Notes under the pieces: model-generated
The model's database searches: none
Told to the model about the DNA's origin: nothing
The model's input: only the letters and a program-made list of their open reading frames with translations
Translations under genes and position numbers: made by a program
DNA from: Haliotis rufescens
Lineage: Eukaryota
Assembly (NCBI RefSeq): GCF_023055435.1
Contig: NW_025963913.1
Coordinates: 1,426,001 to 1,490,000 of the forward strand
Length of the DNA: 64,000 nt
Reading direction: 5' to 3'
Shown here: positions 10,501 through 23,900 of the stretch, piece by piece
Layout: the number at the start of each line of letters is the position of its first letter
Numbering within the stretch: position 1 is the stretch's first letter

Positions 10501-13500
10501 TATATGAGGTGTTTCAAAGTGATTATGATAATCAGTAGAGTTCCAAACATGTATGTTAAAGGTAGAAGTAACATATATCAAAAGAATAACAATGAACAGT
10601 AAATACACCATATAGCTAAACTATCATAATCTGCCTTGAACATTTCAACATATATTCACTAGAAATGCTTAATCAGATTATTACATTTGATTTATCGATC
10701 CTTCAACCTTAATGAAACATGTATAAATCAACGTGCACCTTGACAATAACATGAACACGTTCCGTCTTCCATAATACACAGTTCTACATGTACAGGATGA
10801 ATAGCTTTAAATATGTTAAACAATAATCAGTTTGCAGTGATGGATGGTTTTCTGACGATTGTGGCAAACAGTGTCGATGTCAGAACACTACCGAAATATG
10901 TACTAAGTCAAAGTGCAATTAGATAACACTTAGAGAAGACATAGTTCTACATATGTAAATGGTGATGATGTATTTAGAATAATACTCATATTGTTAAACA
11001 GTAATCACATGTTAAACAATTATCAGTTTGCAGTGATGGATGGTTTTCTGAAGATTGTGACAAACAGTGTCAGTGCCTAAACAGTACTGATGTATGTGAC
11101 AAGATCAATGGTCACTGTTCTAGTGGATGTTTCCCAGGATTTCTTGGTGCCGACTGCCAAACAGGTATGTGTTGAAAATGATATAAAAATAGAAATAAAA
11201 TTTCATTGGAGCCTTTTGGAGGTATCTCGTGTACGTTCAGGTTCATTCTAATTATATGCACACAACTAGCGTACGAGTATTGCCAATGTGCCTGTTACAT
11301 AATCTGTGCGGGGGCGATGAGTGGTCTATTTCAATGCATTTTGAAATATACAGTCTAAAACGTATTTTTCTGGAGTTTCCCAGCAACAAATGGTGTTCAA
11401 AAAAGGTGATTAAGTGTAAATCATGCACAACAAGTTCGAATAGCCTTCCTGATAGAAAGTCCGAACAATGACTACGACAACTATTTTAAATGCATTAATT
11501 AAAGACAGTAATCTAACAATCTATTACATTGATGAATGTCACCATAGCGTTGATGTCATACCACCTGATAACATTGCGACATTCACATAATGGAAGATAC
11601 TTTCAACGTTGTGTTACCTCCACCATGTTAACAGGTTTGTACAGTCGAACCTCGCTTTTCTGGACATTTGTGTTTCCCAAATATTGTCTGGATAAACATA
11701 TAGCTACATTGAATTTTGATGCAATCTAAAACCAGTATCATATCAGAAAGAATATATTCCAAAATCGCGTTATTTTAGTTGCGGCATTTACTACATATAT
11801 TTGAAAATACTAATTTCCTGCTGCCTTCTTGTGTTCCCATATTATAGTCTGGCTACAATAAAAAGGATTTAACGAGTCAAAGTGTAGCATTTATGATATA
11901 TTTCTGTCCATTCTCTGCCGACTAACGTTCCTTTCAAGGCGTCAATAGCAGTTGGTGTAAATAATGGTGAGTTGCTGCGATCACTCACAGTTTCGCTGAA
12001 ATTACTAAACCTTTGAAGACAGATATGTAACTATATATGGCCATTGCGTTTGGAAACACATGCCCCAAGGAATGAAGTTCTTCCTTAGGTTTATCGTGTG
12101 CAACAGTAGTGTACACAGTTGAAAAATGAAATTTTTGACGTAATTAAACTTGGTCTTGTCAGTGGGAACGACTACCGATGTTTTTTGGGTTTTTTTATGT
12201 TGGGCAGCCAGACCTGTCAGCTGACTGAGACAAAATGTGCTTATTCCATTTCTGTCTCCTCATTTTCTCAGTTCCTCAGTTCTACCAATGACAAAACTCT
12301 GCACTGACGTAAATCGCGGTGAAATACATTCGACATTGGGCCAATTTCTGGCATACGCTTCGAGAGTATCCATACTTACTTTAAAGTTGTAATCACAATA
12401 GGCAGCAGGTTGTTATACGCACTCATGAATATTTTCATTAAAGATTTCACACAAAATTACGAAGATTTTCACAAAACAGAAATGTAATGATGATTGACAG
12501 TGTTCCAGGAAACTGCCTTGATGCTGTCAGCTGTTACGATACAGCGCAAGCATTTCCTGGAGGATGTGCAGTAGGGTGAATGAATGACGACACATGCCTG
12601 CACCTAAAATCACATGATGTTAAGCGAAGGCTAGGCAGTGACGTATGATGGGGTATTTAATATATTTATGTTTGCAGAATATACGATCACAATGAATATC
12701 AATTTTGTGAATTCATGTTTACAGCATGTCCAGATGGATCCTTTGGTAGCAACTGTGCCTCCCAGTGTGGACACTGTCTAGATGGTGATATCTGTGACAG
12801 GACAAACGGAACATGTCCTAGAGGATGTGCATCAGGATGGCTGTATGGCACATGTCTACAAGGTGGGTTTGTGTAAGGTTGATATTGCCGAATACGATCA
12901 CACCATGTGTTCATAATATTATGTGTTTGCAACCTGTCCAAATGGTGCTTATGGTATCAACTGTGCCTCCCAATGTGGAAACTGTCTTGAAGCCGACATC
13001 TGTGATAAGACAAACGGAACATGTCCAAGAGGCTGTGCAGCAGGGTGGCAGGGTGATGCTTCATGTCAACAAGGTGAGTCTGTATGATTTTAAATGAAGG
13101 CTAATTTTGCAAAAACGATTACACCATATGTTTCTTACGTGTATACGTGTATATATATGTGTGCAGCATGTCCAGATGGTTCCTATGGTATCAACTGTGC
13201 CTCCCAGTGTGGAAACTGTCTTGCTGGTGACATCTGTGACAAAAAGACAGGAACCTGTCCTGGGGGATGTGCAGCAGGGTGGATTAATGACGGCACATGT
13301 CTACAACGTGAGTACCAATGATGGCTATTGCCGTTATGAAAACACATGGAATTACCCTCAAGGTTAACTAGAATCCATAACTTACATATCTGATATTTTC
13401 GTAGCCACGTCATTCATACCATGAACTGTTCATGGACAAACATGAAACATTACATGCTGCAGTGCCATGTGGTTGTACATTGTCACCATATGTCCTGACG

Positions 13501-15287
13501 GACTTCATCTTAATTAATTATCTCTGCTTAGGCACTGGTAAGTTACGGGGAAACGCCTGAATGTGACAAGACAAAGAGTTCTGCTCAGAACTTACATTTG
13601 CTATTGATATACATCAGTTAACTTAGAATTGTGTGTATTGAACCCTGACATTACTTATTTCACATACTGCACTTAGCGTAACAACTTGGGCAACAAGTGT
13701 CAGTCTGAGTGTGGCCATTGCAAGTCCAACTTGCGATTTAGCAAAGGCAATGGAACATATGAAGAGGGCTGTCTAAATGAGGACATGTGTGCAAATGCAG
13801 GCAGAATAATACTAATGCGAGGACATCATGGTAATATGCTTCCACAATACATAATGTGATGGACACCAAACATACAGGTGTCAAATATCAAGCATGACAC
13901 CTGTACTTGAAATGATTATATATCTATTCTGACAGAGTGTGCCGTTGGAAAGTATGGGATTAACTGTACATCACATTGCGGATTATGTAGAGACTCCACG
14001 GCCAGTGACAAATACAGTGGTGAGACGAAGCAACATTTGTAATGAGATGATTCGATTCACCAACCTTTCCCTTTCTTGCATTGCATAAGGAACGAATGAG
14101 ATATACGTAAGATTATTCTTCTGTGTGTCGCATTTATGCTGCAAACAAAACACGTGAAGGAAAATATGTCTTAGGATTTAATATGATCATAAAATGTCTG
14201 AATATTGTTTGGTGTTAAACACTGATTGCATGACATGCACAAGGCAGCTTAATTTCAATAACGGTTGTACATAAAGCTTTTTTGTGATGTTTTCTAAGTT
14301 AGGCTCACATGTGTCTGTATATCGCACCACAACAGGTGAGGAATGCAAATGGGGAATTCCTGTAGCAGCCACCCTTGCTGTGTTGCTGATCTTCACAGTG
14401 ATTGGGGCAACCATACATATCAGACGGTAGTATAATTTGCAACAATCATACAAAGAACCATACGTTTACCAGTGTTAAAGAAAATTTATGTTAGGGATTC
14501 TAAGGCTCAGTACACCTACTGATCTATTTTTCATTGTGTATCAAATGGTGTCGAAAAGGAATATTGTTATTTGTTAGGCTTAGACCGTGACCTGGTCATA
14601 GATCCCAAAAATATCCTTATACTATAGAAATATACCAATACTGTAAGAAAATGCATAGTCATCTTAAAAATTGTGTTGATGATTTTGTATAACCGGTAGC
14701 CTCTCCGAGATCAAGTTGGTATTTTGTTTACTTTTTATCCTCTCTATATGCAGATCAAAGTTATGCTATGTTGATGGTGTAATATTATGGTTTCACTTTA
14801 ATTGAAAAAAATGTCAACATTTCAAAGCATTCTAAATCATCGGGTGCACATTGTTAAAAATTGGTTTGCCTCACCATTATTGTTTTGACTGAGAAAAACC
14901 CTGTCAAAACGTTTTTCAAACTATATCTTGAAGGTACTTTGGAGGTATCAGTTACACAGTTGTCGCCCCTGCGTAATTCCCGATGTTATCAAAACTAATG
15001 TTGGTTCATGTAGTACAGGTGTTTAGCGATACAGCTTCTTCGCCATATTGAATGATCTTAGACATTAGATTATTTAACTGTTCCGAAAAAAATTACTAAA
15101 TAGCAAAAGTTATTTTCACGTCAGATTGATGAAACAACTGGAGAGCTTGAAAACCAAGATGTCAGAGGAACATTATTTGAAGCTTGAAGAGAAGACAAGG
15201 GTCCAAGCAACAGAAAGTACCTACGAATATATCGACAATGCTACTCCTTACTACAATACAGTTGATCATGTTCAGGATGAAATCTGA
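7503..15287 (+). CDS. Receptor copy A: F-type lectin plus EGF-repeat type I membrane receptor, 447 aa. Coding exons 7503-7557, 7724-7843, 7930-8157, 10117-10302, 11027-11164, 12725-12862, 13167-13307, 13936-14019, 14336-14426, 15125-15287
   Basis: All ten exons have GT-AG borders and compatible phases. Signal peptide MGLVWIGLLMACVTVTLT. F-type lectin motifs NIALGR..QSS, LAVDG, CAHT..DPTWTVNL, RDDLQER, LSLCEMQIF. EGF units CxxGxxGxNCxxxCGxC..CDxxxGxC. TM GIPVAATLAVLLIFTVIGATI. Tail with YLKL, YEYI, YNTV, then TGA at 15285-15287. Confidence 0.88.
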
Positions 15288-15884
15288 TGGGTTTAGCATC
15301 CATTATGGAGGAGAGGATGCTACACTACAGATATATATACTTATCACCAAGGGGTACCAGGTGTAAAGGAGTCATATTTAAACGCAAATGTTAAACTGTA
15401 GGTTTTTTCACTGAAACAAAATTATATACATAGAAAATAATCAACTTATCCTACATCACATACACTGTTCATAAAAAGATTAATGTTTTAGATCTCGATC
15501 GATGTAACTTATACTTTGTGTAGAATCGACTTTCGTCTGATGAACTGGAAAAAATCCCCGAACAAGGAGAATCAGGCCTTTAAAAGTTCATACATACAGT
15601 ATACAAAAAGAAACTTGACGAATGCTGACTTTCTGTACTTTGTGTGGTTTAAGGTAGACACGATGTATATTGATTCTGTAGCGCGTTTCGTTTCGCATAA
15701 AATCTTCTATATTTGTAAAATGAAGGTAAAGTTGAAGGTAGCTTACCAATACTGATGAGGTTGTGTGGGTGGGGTTTAACGTTTAGAAACTCTCAGTTCT
15801 GTGATTAAAACTATGCTTATCCGACGTCGTTGCTGTATCTACATCAATTAAATCTGGATGTCCGCCTCGTGGTAAAGACTAGAT

Positions 15885-18460
15885 TTATTTATTTATAGTC
15901 TTTTGTCATTAGGCATCATTGGCCACAGGCCCATTATACATTACAGAGTTTACAGTGAGAGAGAAACATTATAATACCAAAGTAAATTTTAGGTGATTTA
16001 CACAAGACGTAGTTTCATTGCTTTGTAGATGAATACGGACAGATTTTGAATGATTAATACTTTATTTGATGCCATTAAATGTATGGAGGGGTACAGGTAA
16101 AACGTTTTGGGTACATATTTTCGTCTTAAATGTACCTATCGATCACAAATTATTATAAAATGAAATTCATCTTCAATTTGATTGTGATTGCAAGCTAGAC
16201 ACAACATTTCAGATTTTAACTCTTTTTATACCCCCCAGTCTCAATTCGGAGCTGGTGGGAACAGCATCTAAGGGCAAGGGCACGTCTATATTTAAAAATT
16301 TATAATTCTTTTAAATATGTTTCTAAGCCGAAATTTGTTTTGAATAAATTGTAAAGAATTGATTTTGAGCTTGATGAAAGTGCTGCGTGCCAATTTTGTG
16401 CATAAGATAATTTTAGACGGAGTATAAATTCCGACAGAAAGCTTGAGATATTACTTGTAAATTGTTGTTCCCATATGTAACCAAAACCAGCAGAGAATAG
16501 GATGTGTTTTACTTTTGATGCCCCGTTAGTTTTTCCATTACTACAGCCTAACAATAATAAGTTACAACATTTCTTTACCAAACGTTATTCAGGCATATCA
16601 ATCTTTTTCCACCAATACTTAACAACTAGTTTAAATGCAAATATGTACATTGGGTATCTTCCGCATTCTCCTCCAAAAATGTGGTTTGAGGATGACTGCT
16701 TAACACATAAAAAAAAACTCTTACAGGCAAACATTTGTACAACTTCTATTTCGTCGTAAGTATGAACACCCAAAACGTCAGAGCCATACAATAGAATTGG
16801 GCTGATTTTGGAATCAAATATTTTTAAAAATAGATCATGAGGTAAAGGATTTAACATATAATATGATAATTCCACACAGAACCTTTTTTGCCTGAGTTGA
16901 TGCACTATTAACATGAGCAGACCACAGTGGTGATCTAGAGAATAATAATCCAAAGTATTTGTAACATGAAACACATTCAAGCTGGTGCTCGTTACGATAC
17001 CACTTTTCGACTCTTGATAAATTTCCACCATTTTAAAAAAAACAACGATTTTAGTTTTAGCTAAGTTAATAGACAAGTGGTATTTATTACAAAAACAACT
17101 TAAAACATTCATTCGTTTTTTGTATCCCATAGACAGTATCTGCAAAAAGGATGTTTGCAGCTGCACCCCTGGCGCACATGAAGATTCTATTTGTTCAGCA
17201 AGCTCATTTTTAAAAATAGAAAATAAGAAGGGGTTCAACATGCAGCCTTGCCTGAGGCCTGAAGGACAATCAAAACTATCAGATAATATGTTATTTGATT
17301 TAACACATCCCTTCACACAACTATATATAGATTCAAGTGCATTTAACATCGTGGGTGAAACTCCCCTGCATTTTAATATAAACCATAATTTAGATTTGTT
17401 AACAAAGTCGAAAGCTTTTTTGAAGTCCACAAAAAGCGCATAAAGCTTACCACGCTTTTTTGAAAGGTAGTGTTGAATAAAAGTTTGTAAGAATCAAATA
17501 TTATCTATATCCTTTGCGAAATCCAGCTTGCGACTCGCTAATTTTGTCGTTCGAATTCGCCCAAAATACTAATCTTGCATTAAGAACTAATGTATAAAGT
17601 TTACTTCAAGTGCTTAAAAGGTAAATACCTCTATAATTATTAGGATCAGATTTAACACCTGACTTATACAAAGGGATTATGATACCTGTTCTCCATGATT
17701 CAGGGAAATATGATGATTCAAAAATGACATTAAACAACAATGCCATGTATGGCAACAATATATCGGAGGAGGATTTGAAAAATTCTGAGATAAGGTTATC
17801 TTCCCCTGGAGTATTTTAGTTTATAAACTGCTTCTTGTATCTCTTCTTGAGTGATCGGAGAATCAAGTATACAGGCGGCCGTATCATCAGCATTATAGTC
17901 AGTATCAGAATTTTCAGTCTGTTCTGGCAAATAAGCGTCACATTCTTCAAATAAGTTCTTGAAATACGAAAACCATTCTGATATATTGACATTGTCCTTT
18001 TTTGACAACTTGGTTGTATATTTCTGTAGCACAGTCCAAAACTCTTTTGAGTTATTTATATTAGCTAGTAAAGTGTCTCTGACAGATGCATCATATTGTC
18101 TCTTTTTACTCCTTATTAGGCCATTATATTTATTGCATTAAGTAATATATAAATGTAGTGATTCACTGTTCTTTGATCTTCTCAAAGATTTCAGTAGCCT
18201 CAGCGTTTCTGATCGACTGAAATCACATTCTAAGTCAAACCATGGTTGATCTGATTTTACAGGATAAGTTTTGTTCTTATTTTTCATGAAGTCAGCAGCC
18301 TGGTGAATAGCATCAGTAAAAACTTTAACAGCTTGGTCGATATCAGTCAAGGCAAGAGTGCAGCAGTCATTAAGCATAGATGATACAGTATATCGGATGA
18401 TAGGATATTGTCTCTAAATCTTTCAGCAAAATTATTATCCCATAAAAAATTAAAACCTTC
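15885..18460 (-). mobile_element. Degraded non-LTR retrotransposon ORF2 (RTEX-like; clade assignment tentative)
   Basis: DFKKAFD, GLRQGC, GECGRYP, KYW, EDEFHF; many frameshifts; (TAAA)n tail at ~15885. Confidence 0.75.
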
Positions 18461-18714
18461 CCCGTATCAGCTGACGAACTGGTGTGGATTTCCTAGTCAC
18501 GTGATTGAAATGTACAACTGACTGGCATATGCTGTGACTCGGTCCGAGACCCGATATTAAAATCTGAGCACCTGAGCACCCCGGCGAATTTATACCGGTA
18601 CAGTTCCGCCCCTCTCGAAATAAACTCTCCCCCACCCTACGAAATAAAATCTCCCCCCAGAATATTTCCGCCCCCGGTCGTTTTATAAATACTTGCCATG
18701 CAGTTCAATAGTTC

Positions 18715-19565
18715 ATCTTATTTTGGGTTAGGTAATGTTGTAATCTATTTTTAGCCATTGATTGCAATACTTTGCATAAGTTTGAAGTTGAGTTATTGCT
18801 CGATATGAGTTAGCTTGATTAGCTGGTTTATTAGGTTTAGGGATTGGTATGACTAGGGCCTGTTTCCAGGGAGTAGGATATAGTTTTAGGGTTGTTTTTT
18901 TAATTATTTGTTAAGAAGTTAGGTCTAATCCTGGGGCTGTGCCCTTTTTCCTGTTTTGGATTACGTAGAGGAGCTCCTCCATTTTGTAGTGTTGGTTTAT
19001 TTCTAGATTGTTATTGTTTGGTTCTTTTGTGGGTTTGTTTTTTGTTTTAAGTTTATCTTGGAATTTTTGGCTGAAGTTGGTGTTACTGCTAACGGCCGAA
19101 AAGTGGTTGGCGAGATTATTTTGCTTTTTGGGCGGGGTTGGTTGAGTTGTTAATGTTAGTTGTTTTTTTATGTCGTTTTAAGCCTCTAATGACGTGGATT
19201 TTGCGCCAGACCGTTCTGGCATCTGTACGGTTATTTATACCTTCGCAGAATTTTTTCCAGTCTCTACTTTTGGCTAGTTGGACTGGTTTTGAACCTGGTG
19301 GTTTAGTTCGTGGGCTATGTTTAGATGTTTGTAGTCGCGTTTTGCTTTATTGAAGGCTGATTTACGTTTTCGTCTAGTCTGTTCTATTTCCTCATTCCAC
19401 CATGGTACCGTGGGTTTGCCTGGTGTTTTGAAGGCGATGGAGGTTTTGGCTGCCTTTATTATATATTAGTCTGTTAGGTTTTTACAATAGGTTTCTGGGT
19501 CATTATTTTCTATTTCGTTTAAGTTAGCTTCGTTGCAGATATCTTGGAATTGGTCCCAGTTAGCA
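18715..19565 (-). mobile_element. Older, internally deleted fragment of the same I-clade LINE
   Basis: Colinear with ~23340-24170, with small deletions and stops; extends ~70 bp further 5'. Confidence 0.85.
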
Positions 19566-20303
19566 TGAAGTGGGAGATGAGCAGTTATTTCTAAACATAT
19601 TTAAGCAAAGAGTGTTGTATTGTGCAACACAGGATTGGCATTCAGATGTGGAACAAAAGAAAGTGCTTGTTTTTTATTCCTCATTTAAATCTTTGTTAGA
19701 ATGTGAAAAATATGTGGTTTGTATAAATGTAACTAAATTTAGTAGAGCGTTGTTAAAATTCAAAAGTGGTTTTAATTCATTTGGAATCCAGATTTTGTTA
19801 GAAAAGGTAAATGTGTTAAAGAGGATAAAGAAGCAATTTGTTTTTTTTGTAATGTTCTTGAGAATGAAAATCATATTATATTTCAATGTCCTAGGTATGA
19901 AGATAGCCGAAAGGTTTTTCTAGAGGAGTTGAAAAAAAAGAATAAATCATTTGTTACTATAAATATGTTGTGTACATCAGATCAAATTGAGATATTATAT
20001 TATTTCTCCAGATTTCTGTATACCATTTTCAGTATCAGAGGGGATGTCTAGTATTTTTACAGTTATCACTATATGAAATGTTTCAGGGTTCACTGTACTA
20101 AGAAAAGAAAACAACTAACTGAAGCATCTGGAACATCTTAGTTTGTCAGATTTATATAACACTTTATATAATCCCATCACTGTCAGTATGCTATCTGTTT
20201 CTATATTTATACTGAGGTTTATTAGCTAATAGAGCGCATCCAAAATATATTGTAACTATGGGTCATGTGGCCTTCTTTACTGAATAAAATTCTGTCTGTC
20301 TGT
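19566..20303 (+). mobile_element. 3' fragment of another RTEX-like LINE
   Basis: FKQRV..QDWHSD..FKSLLECEKY..FSRALLKFK; ends AATAAA plus (TCTG)n. Confidence 0.6.
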
Positions 20304-20497
20304 CAAATCCCACTTTATAATGTCACTGTTCATCGTATTTAAAGCAGACACGTTGGTTAAAGTAGACCTCTTCTCCCCATACTCCCCATACTCTCAACTG
20401 TCTCACAAGTGTTCGGTCCGACTTGGCCCGGGCTGTCAAAATCAACTTTAAACACACAGATGTATCATCAAATGTGTTTACATCTATAGACAAGCAA

Positions 20498-20902
20498 NNN
20501 NNNNNNNNNNNNNNNNNNNNNNNNNNNNNNNNNNNNNNNNNNNNNNNNNNNNNNNNNNNNNNNNNNNNNNNNNNNNNNNNNNNNNNNNNNNNNNNNNNNN
20601 NNNNNNNNNNNNNNNNNNNNNNNNNNNNNNNNNNNNNNNNNNNNNNNNNNNNNNNNNNNNNNNNNNNNNNNNNNNNNNNNNNNNNNNNNNNNNNNNNNNN
20701 NNNNNNNNNNNNNNNNNNNNNNNNNNNNNNNNNNNNNNNNNNNNNNNNNNNNNNNNNNNNNNNNNNNNNNNNNNNNNNNNNNNNNNNNNNNNNNNNNNNN
20801 NNNNNNNNNNNNNNNNNNNNNNNNNNNNNNNNNNNNNNNNNNNNNNNNNNNNNNNNNNNNNNNNNNNNNNNNNNNNNNNNNNNNNNNNNNNNNNNNNNNN
20901 NN
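20498..20902. other. Assembly gap
   Basis: Run of N. Confidence 1.
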
Positions 20903-20937
20903 CGCTTTCCGACTGATGCGTATTTCGCACACGGTCA

Positions 20938-23900
20938 CTTACTTACTTACTTTGGAGATTTAACGTGCGCTTTCCGACTGATGCGTATTTCGCACACGGG
21001 CCCGGCCAGGCCATTTAATGTGTTTCCGAAAGGGGCGAAGGTGGTCTGTGCAACCCAAGAGGGGGGATTTAGGGGTTGCTTATATAGAATTTGGGAATTT
21101 TGAGATTTGGAATAGATGCCGATGGGATTGGGGAGGAGAACTAAGGGAGCTGGGTATGGTGGATGTTTGTTTGTTTATGTGATTTTGATTTGGTGAGTTA
21201 TTGTGTTTTTAGATGCGTTTTATTAGTTCCGTTTTGATTAAGAATACGCCTAATGCCTTGAAGTTTTCTAGTTTATTTTGTGGGTTTAGTATTGCTTCTA
21301 GAGTTAGAGCCTTGTTTAGATTGAGGGTGGTTTGTAATGCGGTTCGATGTGTTAGGTAGTGTGTGCAGTGGATGAGTGCGTGTTCTGGGGTTTCTGGTTG
21401 TTTGCAGTGTGGGCAGTTACCTGTAGTGTGTTTTTTAAATTTTTTTAGGTGGTTATTTAGGTTGGTGTGTCCTGTTTGGAGTTTAGTGATTACTCTGTCG
21501 ATTTTTTTGGATGGATGGAGAATTTTTGGTTTGGTTAGTGGTTTGCTGAGCACTTTTTTGATTTGGCTATTTGAGTTTAGATATAGGTTATGCCATTTTT
21601 TGGTGATTTTTTGCTTGTTTACACTTTTAATTTCTGATTTTGAGATGGGTAAGTTTAAGCTTATTTCTGGGATTTTGAGGGATAGTTTAGCTGCTTTATC
21701 GGCGTTTTCATTACCGTATATTCCTACGTGGGCGGGTATCCACAAGAAGGTTATTTGTTTGCCTGCCTTAGTTAGGTCGTTGGAGCTTTTAAGTATTTGA
21801 TTTATTAATTGAGGTCGGTTTTTGGTATTTTTGTTTTGGAGGGCTTGCAGTCCACTTAGGGAGTCGGTAAGTATTAGGATTTTTTTGTGGTTTTTGGATT
21901 CTTGATTATGGAGGGCTGAGGCCATGCCCATTAGTTCTGCCGTGAATATTGATTGGTTGTTTGGGAGTCGGAAGGATTGTGTGGTTTTAGTTGGTTGTGT
22001 GGTATGGACTCCGAAACCTGTGTGTTTGGAGGTCGGATCTGAGGATCCGTCCGTGTAAATGTGACACCAATTTGGCCAATTTTCGTGTATGTATGCTAGT
22101 GTGGTAGTTTTAGCTATGTTTGGGTCGGTTTGTTTATTTATTTGGCTAGCTAGTGTTGTGTCTATTTTGGGTATTTTAAGTTTAGGGGTGAAGATATTTG
22201 ATTGTTTGCAGTTTTGTTTAAGATTTTTAATTTGGTGTTCATTTAGGTAGTTTGTTATTCTTTGGGATATTGGGGTAAGCAAGGGGTGTTTACGAGCTAG
22301 AGCTTGGTTTTTGGGGCTGATGTTTTGGTTTATTAAGTTTTGGATGAGAGGGTTTGATTGGGACGCGGCCCAGAAATTTAAGCTTAGCTGTTCCCTGCGT
22401 AGACTTAGTGGCATTTCTCCTGTTAAGGCCTGAAGTGAGGTGTAGGAGGTGCCATGTTGGGTGCGTGTAATTAGTTTGAGAGCCTGATATTGTATTGAGT
22501 CAAGTTTTTTAGATAGAGAGTTGTTTAGGGTGTTGTATATGGCGCAGCCGTAGTCTAGTTTTGATCTAATTAGTGATATGTAGAGAGAGAGGAGGGTATC
22601 TTTGGATGCTCCCCAGTTAGAGCCAGTTAGGCATCTTAGGGTGTTTAGGTCTTTACTGCATTTAGTTGTTAGGTTTTGGATGTGAGCATCCCAGGTGAGA
22701 TGTTCATCGAAAATAAGTCCTAAGAATTTGGTTTGTTTTTGAAATTTGATTGTTTGATTGTTTAGCTGGAGGATTGGGGAGGCGGGTTTCATGTTTTTAT
22801 GTTTGAATACTATTCCTGTTGTTTTTTCTGAGTTAAGGGAGAAGCCCCATTTGTCAGCCCATTGTTGTATTTTATTAAGAGATTTTTGGAGTAAATTTTG
22901 GACCATGTTCATGCTTTTAGTGCGGATACAGATGGCTCCATCATCCGCGAATTTTGATGTGTTTACTTTAGGGGATAGGCCCTCGAATAGATCGTTTATC
23001 ATTATATTGAAGAGGGTGGGGCTGAGGATACTGCCCTGTGGAGTACCATTTTCTAGGGGACATTGGTCCGATAGAGTTTGGTCTATACCCACGGTTATTT
23101 TACGATTGTTTAGGAAGTCCTGGATGTAGTTTATTATCTGACCTTTGAGTCCTATTTTTTTAAGTTTTTGTATTAGCCCATCGTGCCATACCATGTCGAA
23201 AGCTTTAGAGAAGTCTAAGAAGATGCCTGTGGTATATTGTTTATTTAGCTGTCCTGTCTTAATATCTTGTTCTAGTCGGGTGAGGTTATCTAGGGTTGAG
23301 CGGCCAGGAGTGAAACCGCTTTGATCTGGGTTTATGATGTTATTTTGGGTTAAGTAATGTTGTAATCTATTTTTAACCATTGATTCCATTACTTTACATA
23401 AGTTTGAAGTTAGGGATATTGGTCTATATGAGTTAGCTTGATTAGCTGGTTTATTAGGTTTAGGGATTGGTATGACTAGGGCCTGTTTCCAGGGAGTAGG
23501 AACCTGTCCGTTTAGGTAGATGAGATTGTATAGTTTGAGTAGTGCCTGGAGTAGTTTTAGGGGGAGTTTTTTAATTATTTGGTAAGAAGTTAGGTCTAAT
23601 CCTGGGGCTGTGCCCTTTTTCCTGTTTTGGATTACGTAGAGGAGCTCCTCCATTGTGTAGGGTTGATTTATTTCTAGATTGTTATTGTTTGGTTCTTTTG
23701 TGGGTTTGTTTTCTGTTTTAAGTTTATCTTGGAATTTTTTACTGAAGTTGGTGTTACTGCTAACGGCCGAAAAGTGGTTGGCGAGATTATTTGCTTTTTG
23801 GGCGGGGTTGGTTGAGTTGTCAATGTTAGGGTTTTTTTTATGTCGTTTTAAGCCTCTGATGGCGTGGATTTTGCGCCAGACCGTTCTGGCATCTGTACGG

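Noticed and set aside
1-18460. Copies A and B as uncollapsed alleles of one gene
   Set aside because: Extensive 5' intron divergence, several copy-specific TE insertions and different EGF exon counts favour paralogy; the two gaps between them mean long reads should confirm.
20423-21103. ORFs spanning N runs (also 39514-39843)
   Set aside because: Artefacts of assembly gaps.
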